From the NCBI GenBank assembly GCA_041690395.1, contig JAWLHJ010000003.1, positions 32,001 through 96,000 on the forward strand: a stretch of DNA of 64,000 bases, written 5' to 3'. Numbering within the stretch: position 1 is the stretch's first letter; every line of letters begins with the position of its first letter. Made by a program: the position numbers and the translations under genes. Below are positions 1 to 9,353 of the stretch, one piece after another. Source of the stretch: Longimicrobiales bacterium. Its GTDB lineage: Bacteria > Gemmatimonadota > Gemmatimonadetes > Longimicrobiales > Gaopeijiaceae. Below the pieces are notes generated by a model. It searched no databases. It was not told the origin of the DNA and was given only the letters and a program-made list of their open reading frames with translations.

Positions 1-710
1 GTCCATGATGCCTCGGTCACGCCTCCGTCGGCGGCCGTGCCCGCCATGGCCATGACCGGCCCGGGCGTCGCGGCAGGCGCATCAGGGGACTCGTCCGGGG
101 CAGGGGCGGAGGCCATGGACGGCCGGGCGGCTGCTCCGGAACCGTCGACCGCCGCGGTCGCCGACGCGGTCATGCGTTCCACCGGGTCGGTCGCGTAGAA
201 GTCGGCCAGGTCGGAGAGGCTCACACGCTCGATGTCGCCTCCGATGCTTCCCTCGCTGAACGTGAGCGCCATCCAGGGCTCGAAGCGGGTCAGGACCCGC
301 GGCGTCACCTCGGGATGGGTATGTAGATAGTAGTTGAGGCCGTCGGCCCAGGCGTCCATCAGCTCGCGCAGCCAGTCCGGGCTCGTCCGGTAGAGCTCCT
401 GCATCTCGGCCGGATCGATGAACAGCCGCATGCGGAGGTCACGCCAGATCTCGTCCTCGCCTTCGGCCTCCGCGAGACGGCCCATGGAATTGAGGAAGTT
501 CACCTCGATCCGGTTGAAGTCGTCCTCGGCCTGGGCGTAGATCATGCCGAAGACGGCGTCGGCGTCCGTCCTTCCTCGAACGTGCGCGATCCCCCATTCG
601 TCCCGCGTAATCGTCACGTTGTCGGCGCGGGCCTCCCAGCGGGCCTCTTCCAGACCGGGAGAGGTGCACGCTGCGAGCGCGATGGCGAAGATGATGGCGA
701 GCTTCTTCAT
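1..710 (-). CDS. Penicillin acylase family (Ntn-hydrolase) lipoprotein, 5' part; runs off the window edge
   Basis: Manual translation from CAT at 708-710 gives MKKLAIIFAIALAAC (lipobox) ... VTITRDEWGIAHVRGRTDADAVFGMIYAQAEDDF, the typical acylase alpha-subunit start. It is followed by a low-complexity spacer-like stretch. Confidence 0.85.
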   Translation of the reverse strand, partial: MKKLAIIFAIALAACTSPGLEEARWEARADNVTITRDEWGIAHVRGRTDADAVFGMIYAQAEDDFNRIEVNFLNSMGRLAEAEGEDEIWRDLRMRLFIDPAEMQELYRTSPDWLRELMDAWADGLNYYLHTHPEVTPRVLTRFEPWMALTFSEGSIGGDIERVSLSDLADFYATDPVERMTASATAAVDGSGAAARPSMASAPAPDESPDAPAATPGPVMAMAGTAADGGVTEASW

Positions 711-885
711 GAGGGACACATCCCGTCATGGTGAATGGAATTCACGACGGGGGCATCTTAAGGCTACGCCCCCGGCGCGGGCTACCCTCGGACCACCCCG
801 GGCGCGTCACGGACTGTCGAAGCAGGTGCACCTTCTGTAAGGTTGTCCGACACGATTCCGGGCCCAGCCATAGGACAGAGTACGT

Positions 886-1713
886 ATGAATCGATGGAAG
901 CTCGCGCCGGCCGCCCTCGGGCTGTTCCTGGCCGTCGCATGCGGCGGCGGGAGCTCGTTGCCGGTGCCCGAGCCTCGCTCCGAGGCCGACGCGCTCACAC
1001 AGGACGTCGACCGACTGCTCGACCTCCTGGACGTGGAGGGCGTGCTGGCCGCCCGGGACAGGGCGTTCACGCGACAGGTGGCCATCATGATCGGCGACCC
1101 TTCCGACCCCGAGCTCGAGCGGCTGGTCGACGCCGTGCTGACGTCGTTCACGTACGACTCGCTGCGTGCCGACGTGGCCGAGTACATGGTCTCCGAGGGA
1201 AGCCCCGAGGCCGTAGCGCGCGCGCTCCAGTGGATGGAGGGCGGTGCGACGGCCGCGGTGCGGCGCATCGGCGAGGAGTATCAGCCGGAGCAGACGCTGC
1301 AGGAGTACGCCAACGAGATGACCGACGAGCCTCCGTCGGAGGCGAGGATCCAGCTCATCGGCGCCTGGGCCGAAGCCCGCGGCGAAGGGCCGTTTTTCGT
1401 GCTCATGCAGGAGGCGATCCGCGAGGCCGCGTACCGCGTGCACGCCGCCTTCCGCCCCGGAGGCCCGGACTTCGAGCCCCTCTCGGGTGACGAGCTCCAG
1501 GTCGCCCAGATCAACAGCCACGGGGCCGCCGTCATACGACTGCTGCACGGCTACGCGCCGGCTCCCGATCAACTGATCCGACGGGCCACCGCCGAGTTCG
1601 CGTCGGAGGAGGGCCAGTGGCTGTCCGAGACCTACGCGCTGGCCGTCGCCCGGGCGATCCGCGCCGCCGGTGAGCGCACGGTCGCGCACCTAGAGGGCTT
1701 CGGGGACGCGTGA
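886..1713 (+). CDS. Hypothetical helical lipoprotein
   Basis: 275 aa ORF with signal peptide and lipobox (LAVAC); GTGA overlap with the next gene. Confidence 0.7.
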   Translation: MNRWKLAPAALGLFLAVACGGGSSLPVPEPRSEADALTQDVDRLLDLLDVEGVLAARDRAFTRQVAIMIGDPSDPELERLVDAVLTSFTYDSLRADVAEYMVSEGSPEAVARALQWMEGGATAAVRRIGEEYQPEQTLQEYANEMTDEPPSEARIQLIGAWAEARGEGPFFVLMQEAIREAAYRVHAAFRPGGPDFEPLSGDELQVAQINSHGAAVIRLLHGYAPAPDQLIRRATAEFASEEGQWLSETYALAVARAIRAAGERTVAHLEGFGDA

Positions 1714-3947
1714 GCTCCGACCGTGTGGCGGTGGTTCAGGCGAACCTCGACCGCTTTCTGGCGACCGCTCCCGAGCCCGCGCGGCGGCTGGGACCGGAGG
1801 AACCCCTTCGGGATGGTGTGACGCTGACCGCCCGCAAGGCGCTGGCGCTCTACGAGGACCAGCTGCTGAGCCGCATGGCCGACGTCGAGGCCAGACGGCT
1901 GAAAGCCTCCGGTCGCAGCTTCTACACGATTTCGTCGGCGGGACACGAGCAGAACGCCGTCCTCGGCGCTTTGCTCCGCACGACCGACCCGTGCTTCCTG
2001 CACTACCGCTCGGGAGGGCTGATGATGGCCCGTGGGCGAAAGCTGCCGGAAGTCGACATGGCGTTCGACACCATGCTGTCGGTGTGCGCGAGCGAGGACG
2101 ACCCGGTCGGGCAGGGGCGGCACAAGGTGTGGGGGAGCCGCGCGCTCTGGGTCCCGCCGCAGACCAGCACCATCGCCTCGCACCTGCCCAAGGCCGTCGG
2201 CGCGGCGTTCACGGTGGGGCGGGCGCGCCGACTGGGCGTGGATCCAGGCGTGCCCGAGGACTCGATCGTGTGCTGCACGTTTGGAGACGCGTCGGCGAAC
2301 CACGCCACGGCGCTCACCGGTTTCCAGGCGGCGCGGTACGGGAGCCGACGCGGCAACCCGATGCCGATCCTCTTCGTGTGCGAGGACAACGGGCTCGGGA
2401 TCAGCACCGACACGCCCCGCCGCTGGATCCGGGAGAGCTTCGAGGGGCGCTCCCACATGCGGTACCTGGAGGCCGACGGGGAGGTCGACGACGTGTGGCG
2501 CGCCGTCGAGGAGGCGATCGACGTCTGCCGGGAGACCCGGACTCCCACGTTCCTCAGGTTGGTCACCGTGCGCCTGTGGGGGCACGCGGGGAGCGACATC
2601 GAGTCGGCCTACCGGTCACGGGACGCCATCGAGGCGACCGAGGCGCTCGACCCGCTGCTCCGGAACGCCCGGCGCCTCATCGAGCTGGGGGCCGCGACGC
2701 CCGGGGATCTGAGAGTTCGCGTCGCGGCGGCGGTGACCCGCATGCGTGCGGCCGCCGAGGAGGCGGCCGGAAGGGGACACCTCGATAGCGCGGAGCGGGT
2801 GATGGCTCCGCTCGCACCGTACGACGAGGCGCGTGTGCGGCGCTCGGCCGAGGTGCAAGTGCCCGAGGCGAGACGTCGCGCCTTCTGGGACAATGAGCTC
2901 CCGGAGGAGCTGAACGCGCCGGTGAAGCGAACCATGGCCGCGCACATCTCCTCGGCGCTCGCCGACGAGATGCTCAAGCGGCCCGAGGTGCTGGTCTTCG
3001 GGGAGGACGTGGGTCGGAAGGGTGGGGTGTACTACGTCACGGCCGGGCTGCAGAAGCGGTTCGGGCAGACCCGAGTGTTCGACACCCACCTCGACGAGAC
3101 GTCGATCCTGGGTCTTGCTCAGGGCGCCGGTCTCCTAGGGCTTCTGCCCGTGCCCGAGATCCAGTACCTGGCGTACGTCCACAACGCGCTCGACCAGCTC
3201 AGGGGTGAGGCGGCCTCGCTCCAGTTCTTCAGCAACGGGCAGTTCCAGAACCCCATGGTCGTGCGGATCGCGGGGCTGGCGTACCAGCGTGGCTTCGGCG
3301 GTCATTTCCACAACGACAACTCGATCGGCGCGCTCCGGGACATTCCGGGGCTGATCCTGGCGGTCCCGAGCCGGGGAGACGACGCCGTGCGCATGCTGCG
3401 CGGATGCCTGGCCGCGGCGCGGGAGTGCGGGCGGGTCGTCGCGTTCCTCGAGCCCATCGCTCTCTATCACCAGCGGGATCTGCTGGAAGAGGGAGACGAG
3501 GCGTGGCTGTTCGACTATCCCGCTCCCGGCGAGGCGCTGCTGCCGGGCGACGTGGAGACGTATGGAGAGGGGCCGCTGCTCATCGTCTCGTACGCCAACG
3601 GGCTTCACATGAGCCTGCGCGCCCGGGCGACGCTCGAGCGCGAGCATGGCATCGATGCGCGGGTGATGGACCTCCGCTGGCTGAGCCCGCTCCCGTTCGA
3701 GGCGATCCGGCGTGCCGCCGCGTCGGCCCGGTCCGTGCTCGTGGTCGACGAATGTCGCCGAACCGGGGGAGGGATCGCCGAAGCGGTGATCGCGGACCTG
3801 GCGGAGAGTGGATACGGGGGCGTGCTGCGGTCGGTGCGTGCGCCGGACTCGTTCGTTCCGCTGGGCCCTTCGGCGGATACGGTGCTCGTGCAGCCGGCGC
3901 AGATCGTCGAGGCCGCCCGGAAGGTCATGGAAGGCGTGGTCGCTTGA
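1710..3947 (+). CDS. 2-oxoacid dehydrogenase E1, fused alpha/beta (TPP-dependent)
   Basis: TPP motif FGDAS...EDNG, GHAGSD, beta-domain FGEDVG..GGV, EIQYLAY, GGHFHN. Confidence 0.9.
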   Translation: MSSDRVAVVQANLDRFLATAPEPARRLGPEEPLRDGVTLTARKALALYEDQLLSRMADVEARRLKASGRSFYTISSAGHEQNAVLGALLRTTDPCFLHYRSGGLMMARGRKLPEVDMAFDTMLSVCASEDDPVGQGRHKVWGSRALWVPPQTSTIASHLPKAVGAAFTVGRARRLGVDPGVPEDSIVCCTFGDASANHATALTGFQAARYGSRRGNPMPILFVCEDNGLGISTDTPRRWIRESFEGRSHMRYLEADGEVDDVWRAVEEAIDVCRETRTPTFLRLVTVRLWGHAGSDIESAYRSRDAIEATEALDPLLRNARRLIELGAATPGDLRVRVAAAVTRMRAAAEEAAGRGHLDSAERVMAPLAPYDEARVRRSAEVQVPEARRRAFWDNELPEELNAPVKRTMAAHISSALADEMLKRPEVLVFGEDVGRKGGVYYVTAGLQKRFGQTRVFDTHLDETSILGLAQGAGLLGLLPVPEIQYLAYVHNALDQLRGEAASLQFFSNGQFQNPMVVRIAGLAYQRGFGGHFHNDNSIGALRDIPGLILAVPSRGDDAVRMLRGCLAAARECGRVVAFLEPIALYHQRDLLEEGDEAWLFDYPAPGEALLPGDVETYGEGPLLIVSYANGLHMSLRARATLEREHGIDARVMDLRWLSPLPFEAIRRAAASARSVLVVDECRRTGGGIAEAVIADLAESGYGGVLRSVRAPDSFVPLGPSADTVLVQPAQIVEAARKVMEGVVA

Positions 3948-5212
3948 CACGGGCTGGGCGTTTCGCCGTGCTCCTGGCCGGGCTCGCTCTCCTGGGCGGC
4001 GCCCGGGCCGCCCCCGCTCCGGGTCAGACCCCCGCGCCTCCCTCGGCCGGCGGTGAGCCAGGGTCGGAGCTCCGCGTCTGGCTGATCACGATCGGACCCG
4101 GCGACGCCATCTGGGAGCGCTTCGGGCACAACGCGATCCGTCTGCTCGACACGAGTACCGGCTACGACGCGTCGTACAACTGGGGCATCTTCGATTTCCA
4201 GCAGGAGGATTTCATTCCGCGTTTCCTGCGCGGCGAGATGCTGTACATGATGGCGCCCTTCGCCAGCGAGCCCATGATCGACATGTACCGGGCGGCGGGA
4301 CGGGAGGTGATCGCCCAGGAGCTGGCGCTGACGCCCGCACAGAAGCTCGAGTTGCGCGACTTCGCGGAGCGGAACGCGCTGCCCGGAAACCGTGAGTACT
4401 TCTACGACTACTTCCTGGACAACTGCTCGACGCGGGTTCGCGACCTGCTGGACCGGGTACTGGGTGGCGCCCTTTTCGCGCGCTTCGGCACGGAGCCGAC
4501 GGGGACGTCTTACCGCTATCATACGCGCCGCCTCACCCAGCCCGACCGGCCACTGTACACGGGTATGGACATCCTGCTGGGCAGCCCCGGTGATCAGCCG
4601 ATCACCGTGTGGGCCGAGATGTTCCTGCCCATGACGGTCCGTGACGCCATCCGCGACTTCAGCGTGGACGACGGCGAGGGCGGCACCCGACCCCTCGTGC
4701 TGTCCGAAGAGCTCCTGGCCGAGGCGCGGGTCGCCGACGAGCCCGAACGGGCGCCGACCTGGTGGTACTGGTATCTGCTCGCCGGGCTGCTCGGCGGGGG
4801 GGCGTTCGCGTTCCTCGGGCGTCGGGCCGCGGGCGGCTCGGCACGGGCCCGCTGGGCGTTCGCCGGATTCGGGGGACTCTGGGGCGCCCTGGCGGGCATC
4901 GCCGGTCTCATCCTGGTCGCGGTCCTCTTCACGGACCACCAGTTCATGACGTGGAACGAGAACCTCTTCCTGCTCTCGCCCCTGTCGCTCGCTCTGGCTC
5001 CCCTCGTGCCCCTGGCCGCGATGCGTCCCTCGGTGCGGACGTGGGCCGTGCGCGTGGCGGGAGCCGTGGTGGCGCTCGCGGTGATCGGCCTGGTGATCGG
5101 CCTGCTGCCCTTCGCCGTCCAGCGGAACGCGTTCGAGATCGCCCTCTTCCTCCCGCTCCACGTCGGGCTGTGGCTGGGAGTCAGCGCACTGGGTTCTTCA
5201 GCGACCGGTTGA
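3944..5212 (+). CDS. DUF4105 / Lnb-type lipoprotein N-acyltransferase-like membrane protein
   Basis: TTG start overlapping the upstream stop. Signal peptide, FGHNAIR, YNWGIFDF and YDYFLDNCSTRVRD motifs, then ~4-5 C-terminal TM helices. Confidence 0.75.
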   Translation: MTRAGRFAVLLAGLALLGGARAAPAPGQTPAPPSAGGEPGSELRVWLITIGPGDAIWERFGHNAIRLLDTSTGYDASYNWGIFDFQQEDFIPRFLRGEMLYMMAPFASEPMIDMYRAAGREVIAQELALTPAQKLELRDFAERNALPGNREYFYDYFLDNCSTRVRDLLDRVLGGALFARFGTEPTGTSYRYHTRRLTQPDRPLYTGMDILLGSPGDQPITVWAEMFLPMTVRDAIRDFSVDDGEGGTRPLVLSEELLAEARVADEPERAPTWWYWYLLAGLLGGGAFAFLGRRAAGGSARARWAFAGFGGLWGALAGIAGLILVAVLFTDHQFMTWNENLFLLSPLSLALAPLVPLAAMRPSVRTWAVRVAGAVVALAVIGLVIGLLPFAVQRNAFEIALFLPLHVGLWLGVSALGSSATG

Positions 5213-5971
5213 GGGTGCGGGCCGATACGCCGTCCGGACGAGCCAGAGGACGTCGACGGCGAAGGAGTACGCGAGCAGCGTGAGCGCGAGACCGCATGCG
5301 CCGGCCACCAGCGACGGGGGGACCACCGGCGCGAGGGCCACGAGAAGGGCCGCCACCTGCACGACGCAGATCGCCTTGCGGCGGAAGCTCGGAGGCAGAT
5401 CTCCCGTCAGCGGCGTCCAGAGCCACCCGGCCAGGACGAACAGGTAGCGAACGAGTCCGATCCAGACGACCCAGAAGCCGAGCGGGGTGCTGGTCCACAC
5501 GAGCGCGGCGAGCACGAGGATCAGGAACGCGTCGAGCTCCATGTCGAAGCGGGCGCCGAAACGGGTCTCCGAGGCCGTCCGCCGCGCCACCGCGCCGTCC
5601 ACACCATCGAGTGCGAGCGCCACGAGTGCGAGCGCCACCGCGAGCCATGCGAGGGACCCTAGCGCGCTTCCGGGGGTCACCAGCAGAGCGGCGACGGGTA
5701 GCACCAGCGTGGCGCGCAACAAGGTGACGCGATTCGCCCAGCCGAGCCCGGGTGGCGGCAAGCGTCGGGGAGCGCCGGCAACGACGAGGGCGCTCAGCGC
5801 TGCGTATCCGAGAAGCACCGTCCACACGTACACGTCCGGGAGGTCGTGCCAGCGGGCGATGGCCACGGCGGCGGCGGCCGCAGGGACGGCCGCGACGGCG
5901 AGGTCACGGAAGCGGAATGGCCCGTCGGGACGCGTGGGAGCGGAGTGAGCGGATGGGGGCGGGGTACTCAA
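5198..5971 (-). CDS. CDP-alcohol phosphatidyltransferase family protein
   Basis: Signature DGVDGAVARR...FGARFDMELD plus ANRVTLLR; multi-TM. The start (TTG at 5971) is uncertain. Confidence 0.9.
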   Translation of the reverse strand: MSTPPPSAHSAPTRPDGPFRFRDLAVAAVPAAAAAVAIARWHDLPDVYVWTVLLGYAALSALVVAGAPRRLPPPGLGWANRVTLLRATLVLPVAALLVTPGSALGSLAWLAVALALVALALDGVDGAVARRTASETRFGARFDMELDAFLILVLAALVWTSTPLGFWVVWIGLVRYLFVLAGWLWTPLTGDLPPSFRRKAICVVQVAALLVALAPVVPPSLVAGACGLALTLLAYSFAVDVLWLVRTAYRPAPSTGR

Positions 5972-5996
5972 GGCCTGCGACGATGATTCGAGGACG

Positions 5997-6989
5997 ATGA
6001 CGGAAACGATCCATACCCGGCAATTCTGGATACGGTCGCCCGGGCAGGGCGCGGTCGAGGACCGAGCCATCGCGCCGCCGGGTGCGGGGGAGCTCCTCGT
6101 GGAAGCCTCCTACTCCGGCATCAGCCGCGGCACGGAGGCCCTCGTGTTCAACGGGGCCGTGCCCGAGTCCCAACACGATGCCATGCGTGCGCCCTTCCAG
6201 GAGGGCTCGTTCCCCGGGCCCGTGAAATACGGCTACAGCAGCGTCGGGAGGGTCGCGCGCGCGGCCGACGCCCCCGAGCTCGAGGGACGCTCCGTCTTCT
6301 GCCTGTTTCCGCACCAGGACCGCTACGTCGTCCCGGTGGACGCCGTCGTGCCGTTGCCCGAGGGACTCCCGGAGGGGCGCGCGGTGCTCGGCGCGAACAT
6401 GGAGACGGCGCTCAACGTGGTATGGGACGCGGGGGTCGGACCGGGCGACCGTGCGCTGGTCGTCGGCGGCGGCGTGGTCGGCCTGCTCGTCGCCTGGATC
6501 GCCCGGGGGATCCCGGGGAGCGATGTCCTGATCGTCGACGTGGATCCGTCGCGGGCGGAGGTGGCCGAGGCGCTGGGCGTCTCCTTCGCCGGCTCCGTGC
6601 CCGCGGGCTTCGACGCCGACGTGGTCGTGCACGCCAGCGGCTCGCCGGAAGGAGCCGCCGCGGCTCTTGGCGGGGCGGGTGTCGAGGGGCGGGTCGTCGA
6701 GGCGAGCTGGTTCGGCGACCGGAGCGTGGGCCTGCCGCTCGGCGAGGCGTTCCACGCCCGCAGGATCACGCTTCGGAGCAGCCAGGTCGGGCGGATTCCG
6801 CCGGAGCGGGCGCCGCGCTGGACCCACCGCCGCCGGATCGAGAAGGCATTGGAGCTGCTGCGCGCTCCGGTGCTCGACCGGCTCGTGACCGGAGAGAGCC
6901 CGTTCGACGAGCTTCCAGACACCCTCCGTCGGCTCAGCGACGACCCGGCGGGAGCCCTCTGCCACCGCATCCGATATCGCCCGGGCTGA
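5997..6989 (+). CDS. Medium-chain dehydrogenase/reductase (zinc-ADH fold, catalytic Zn ligands apparently absent)
   Basis: SGISRGTE and GYS in place of C..D/GHE; Rossmann motif VVGGGVVG. Confidence 0.85.
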   Translation: MTETIHTRQFWIRSPGQGAVEDRAIAPPGAGELLVEASYSGISRGTEALVFNGAVPESQHDAMRAPFQEGSFPGPVKYGYSSVGRVARAADAPELEGRSVFCLFPHQDRYVVPVDAVVPLPEGLPEGRAVLGANMETALNVVWDAGVGPGDRALVVGGGVVGLLVAWIARGIPGSDVLIVDVDPSRAEVAEALGVSFAGSVPAGFDADVVVHASGSPEGAAAALGGAGVEGRVVEASWFGDRSVGLPLGEAFHARRITLRSSQVGRIPPERAPRWTHRRRIEKALELLRAPVLDRLVTGESPFDELPDTLRRLSDDPAGALCHRIRYRPG

Positions 6990-7030
6990 GTGTCCGGGAC
7001 CTGTTTACCCTCCCCACTCGAGGAAGACCA

Positions 7031-7429
7031 GTGTATAGCCTGACAGTCCGAGACCACTTCATGATCGCCCACAGCTTCGCGGGCGAGATCTTCGGCCCGG
7101 CCCAGCGCCTCCACGGCGCCACCTATGTCGTGGACGCGTCCTTCCGACGCGGCGATCTCGACGCGGACGGCCTCGTGGTCGACATCGGGAGGGCCCGGGA
7201 GGTGCTGCGCGAAATCCTCAGCGAGCTCGATTACCGCAACCTCGACGAGGTCGAAGCGTTCGAGGGCGAGAACACGACCACCGAGTTCCTGGCTCGCGAG
7301 GTCTTCGACCGGATCGCGAGAGCCCTGCGGGATGGAGCGATGGGCCCGGGTGGGCGTGGCGTCCAGACCGTGGAGGTGACCCTCAAGGAGTCGCACATCG
7401 CCTGGGCGAGCTACGAGGGCGCGGTGTGA
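7031..7429 (+). CDS. 6-pyruvoyl-tetrahydropterin synthase-like T-fold protein (COG0720, atypical PTPS-IV-like)
   Basis: GTG start after GAGGAAG. Motifs MIAHSF, FGPAQRLHGATY, LDYRNLD, NTTTEFLA, ESH. Confidence 0.88.
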   Translation: MYSLTVRDHFMIAHSFAGEIFGPAQRLHGATYVVDASFRRGDLDADGLVVDIGRAREVLREILSELDYRNLDEVEAFEGENTTTEFLAREVFDRIARALRDGAMGPGGRGVQTVEVTLKESHIAWASYEGAV

Positions 7430-8526
7430 CCTCACGGCGTATCCACTTCGTGGTCCCCGGAGCCCTCGACCAGCGGACCGGCGGGTATCTCTACGACGCC
7501 CGCATGGTGGCCGAGATGAGGGCCGTCGGTCGGGATGTCGTCGTGCACGAGCTCGACGGAGCCTTTCCGGCCGCGGACGAGGTGGCGCGTGGAAGCATGG
7601 GGGCGGCGCTGGAGCGGGTCGGCGACGACGAGCTGGTCGTCGTGGACGGCCTCGCCGGCGGCGGACTCCCGGAGGAGCTGGGCCGCCACGCTCGCCGCGT
7701 CCGGCTGGTGGGGCTCGTCCACCACCCGCTCGCCGACGAAACGGGGCTGTCCGAGGCGGAGGCGGCCCGCCTGGCGGCGTCCGAGCGGTCGGCCCTGGCG
7801 GTGTGCCGCGGGGTCGTGGTCACCAGCCGCTTCACCGCCCGGAGACTCGGCGCCTACGGGGTGGCGGCGCGGCGCATCCGGGTGGCCGTCCCGGGGACCC
7901 GTCCCGCTGCGCCCGCGTCGGGCCCCGAGGCCGGAGCCCCGCCGCGGCTTCTGTGCGTGGGCTCCCTGACGCGGAGGAAGGGACATCTGGTCCTGGTCGA
8001 GGCGCTGGCCACGGTCGCGGAGCTGGATTGGAACTGCTCGCTGGCGGGCAGCGAGACGCTCGACCCGGATCATGCGCGTGAGGTGCATCGCGCCGTCACC
8101 GAACACGGGTTGGAGGACCGGGTGTCCTTCCTCGGAGAGCTCGACGAGCCCTCCCTCGACGACGCCTACGCGGGGGCGAGTCTGTTCGTCCTGGCGTCGT
8201 ACTACGAGGGGTACGGCATGGCCCTCACTGAAGCGATCGCACGGGGGCTGCCGGTGCTCAGCACTACGGGCGGAGCGATCCCGTACACGGTGCCCGCGGA
8301 GGCGGGCGTGCTCGTCGAGCCTGGCGACCCGGGGGCACTCGCCCGAGCGCTCCGCGGCCTTCTGGTCGAGCCGGATGGCACGCTAGCCACGCTTCGGGAG
8401 GGGGCCCTCCGTGTGGCGGCCGACCTCCCCGACTGGCTGGCCGCCGGGGCTACATTCCTCTCGGCGGTCGAGGAGGCCGGCCACGGAGTCCCTCTCGCCG
8501 TTTCCGGGACGGGCACGCCGTCATGA
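7426..8526 (+). CDS. Glycosyltransferase family 4
   Basis: TGGYLYD, VGSLTRRKG, EGYGMALTEA (GT-B EX7E motif). Confidence 0.92.
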   Translation: MTSRRIHFVVPGALDQRTGGYLYDARMVAEMRAVGRDVVVHELDGAFPAADEVARGSMGAALERVGDDELVVVDGLAGGGLPEELGRHARRVRLVGLVHHPLADETGLSEAEAARLAASERSALAVCRGVVVTSRFTARRLGAYGVAARRIRVAVPGTRPAAPASGPEAGAPPRLLCVGSLTRRKGHLVLVEALATVAELDWNCSLAGSETLDPDHAREVHRAVTEHGLEDRVSFLGELDEPSLDDAYAGASLFVLASYYEGYGMALTEAIARGLPVLSTTGGAIPYTVPAEAGVLVEPGDPGALARALRGLLVEPDGTLATLREGALRVAADLPDWLAAGATFLSAVEEAGHGVPLAVSGTGTPS

Positions 8527-9353
8527 GCGACGCTCCCGAACGCCGAGACGCGTTTTCCGCCGGCTGGCTCGCGCTGCGGGAGCCCGTCGACCACCGGACG
8601 CGCGCGGAAGCGTTGCTCGCGCCTCTGGCGACGGAGTGGCGGAGGCGGGGGTGGAGACGCGTAGTCGACCTGGGCTCCGGGACCGGATCGAACGCCCGCT
8701 ACCTGGCGCCACGCCTGCCGGGTCCCCAGCGGTGGGTGCTCGTCGACCACGACGCGGACCTGCTCGAGGGGGCCACCGTTCCGTCGTCGGTCGACGACGT
8801 GCGGCGGATCGTGGGCGATCTCGCCGCGGAGGGGCTCGAGGCCGTCCATGAAGCCGATCTGGTCACCGGTTCCGCTCTCCTGGATCTCGTGTCCGGGGCG
8901 TGGCTGGAGCAGCTTGTCGACGCCTGCCTGTCCGCGGGGGCGGGTGCGCTGTTCACCACCATCTACGACGGCACGGTGCATTGGAGCGACGAGCGCCCGG
9001 ACGACGCACGGGTGAAGGAGTTGGTGAACGCTCATCAGGCCCGAGACAAGGGCCTCGGTGGCGCACTCGGCCCGAGGGCGGCTCGCGCGGCTCGTGACCG
9101 GTTCGAGGTCGCGGGCTACCGGACCTGGCTGACGCCGAGCCCGTGGAGCCTCGGTACGGGCGACGCACAGTTGGCGCGCCTGCTAGTCGAAGGTTGGGTC
9201 GATGCGGCGGTCGAGCAGAGCCCCGCCGACGCGGATCGACTCAGGGCGTGGGGCCGTGCGAGGTGCGCGGACGTGGACGGTGGAGTCGCCCGGGTCGTCG
9301 TGGGACATCTGGACCTGCTCGCCCTCCCTCCGGCGGAGCACGAGGACCGGTGA
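8523..9353 (+). CDS. Class I SAM-dependent methyltransferase-like protein
   Basis: FSAGWLALREPVD N-terminus, SAM motif VDLGSGTGSN, SALLDLVS. Confidence 0.85.
   Translation: MSDAPERRDAFSAGWLALREPVDHRTRAEALLAPLATEWRRRGWRRVVDLGSGTGSNARYLAPRLPGPQRWVLVDHDADLLEGATVPSSVDDVRRIVGDLAAEGLEAVHEADLVTGSALLDLVSGAWLEQLVDACLSAGAGALFTTIYDGTVHWSDERPDDARVKELVNAHQARDKGLGGALGPRAARAARDRFEVAGYRTWLTPSPWSLGTGDAQLARLLVEGWVDAAVEQSPADADRLRAWGRARCADVDGGVARVVVGHLDLLALPPAEHEDR

Noticed and set aside
7031..7429. queD of queuosine or 7-deazaguanine DNA modification
   Set aside because: It lacks the CxxxHGH motif, and there is no queC, queE, folE or dpdA in the window.
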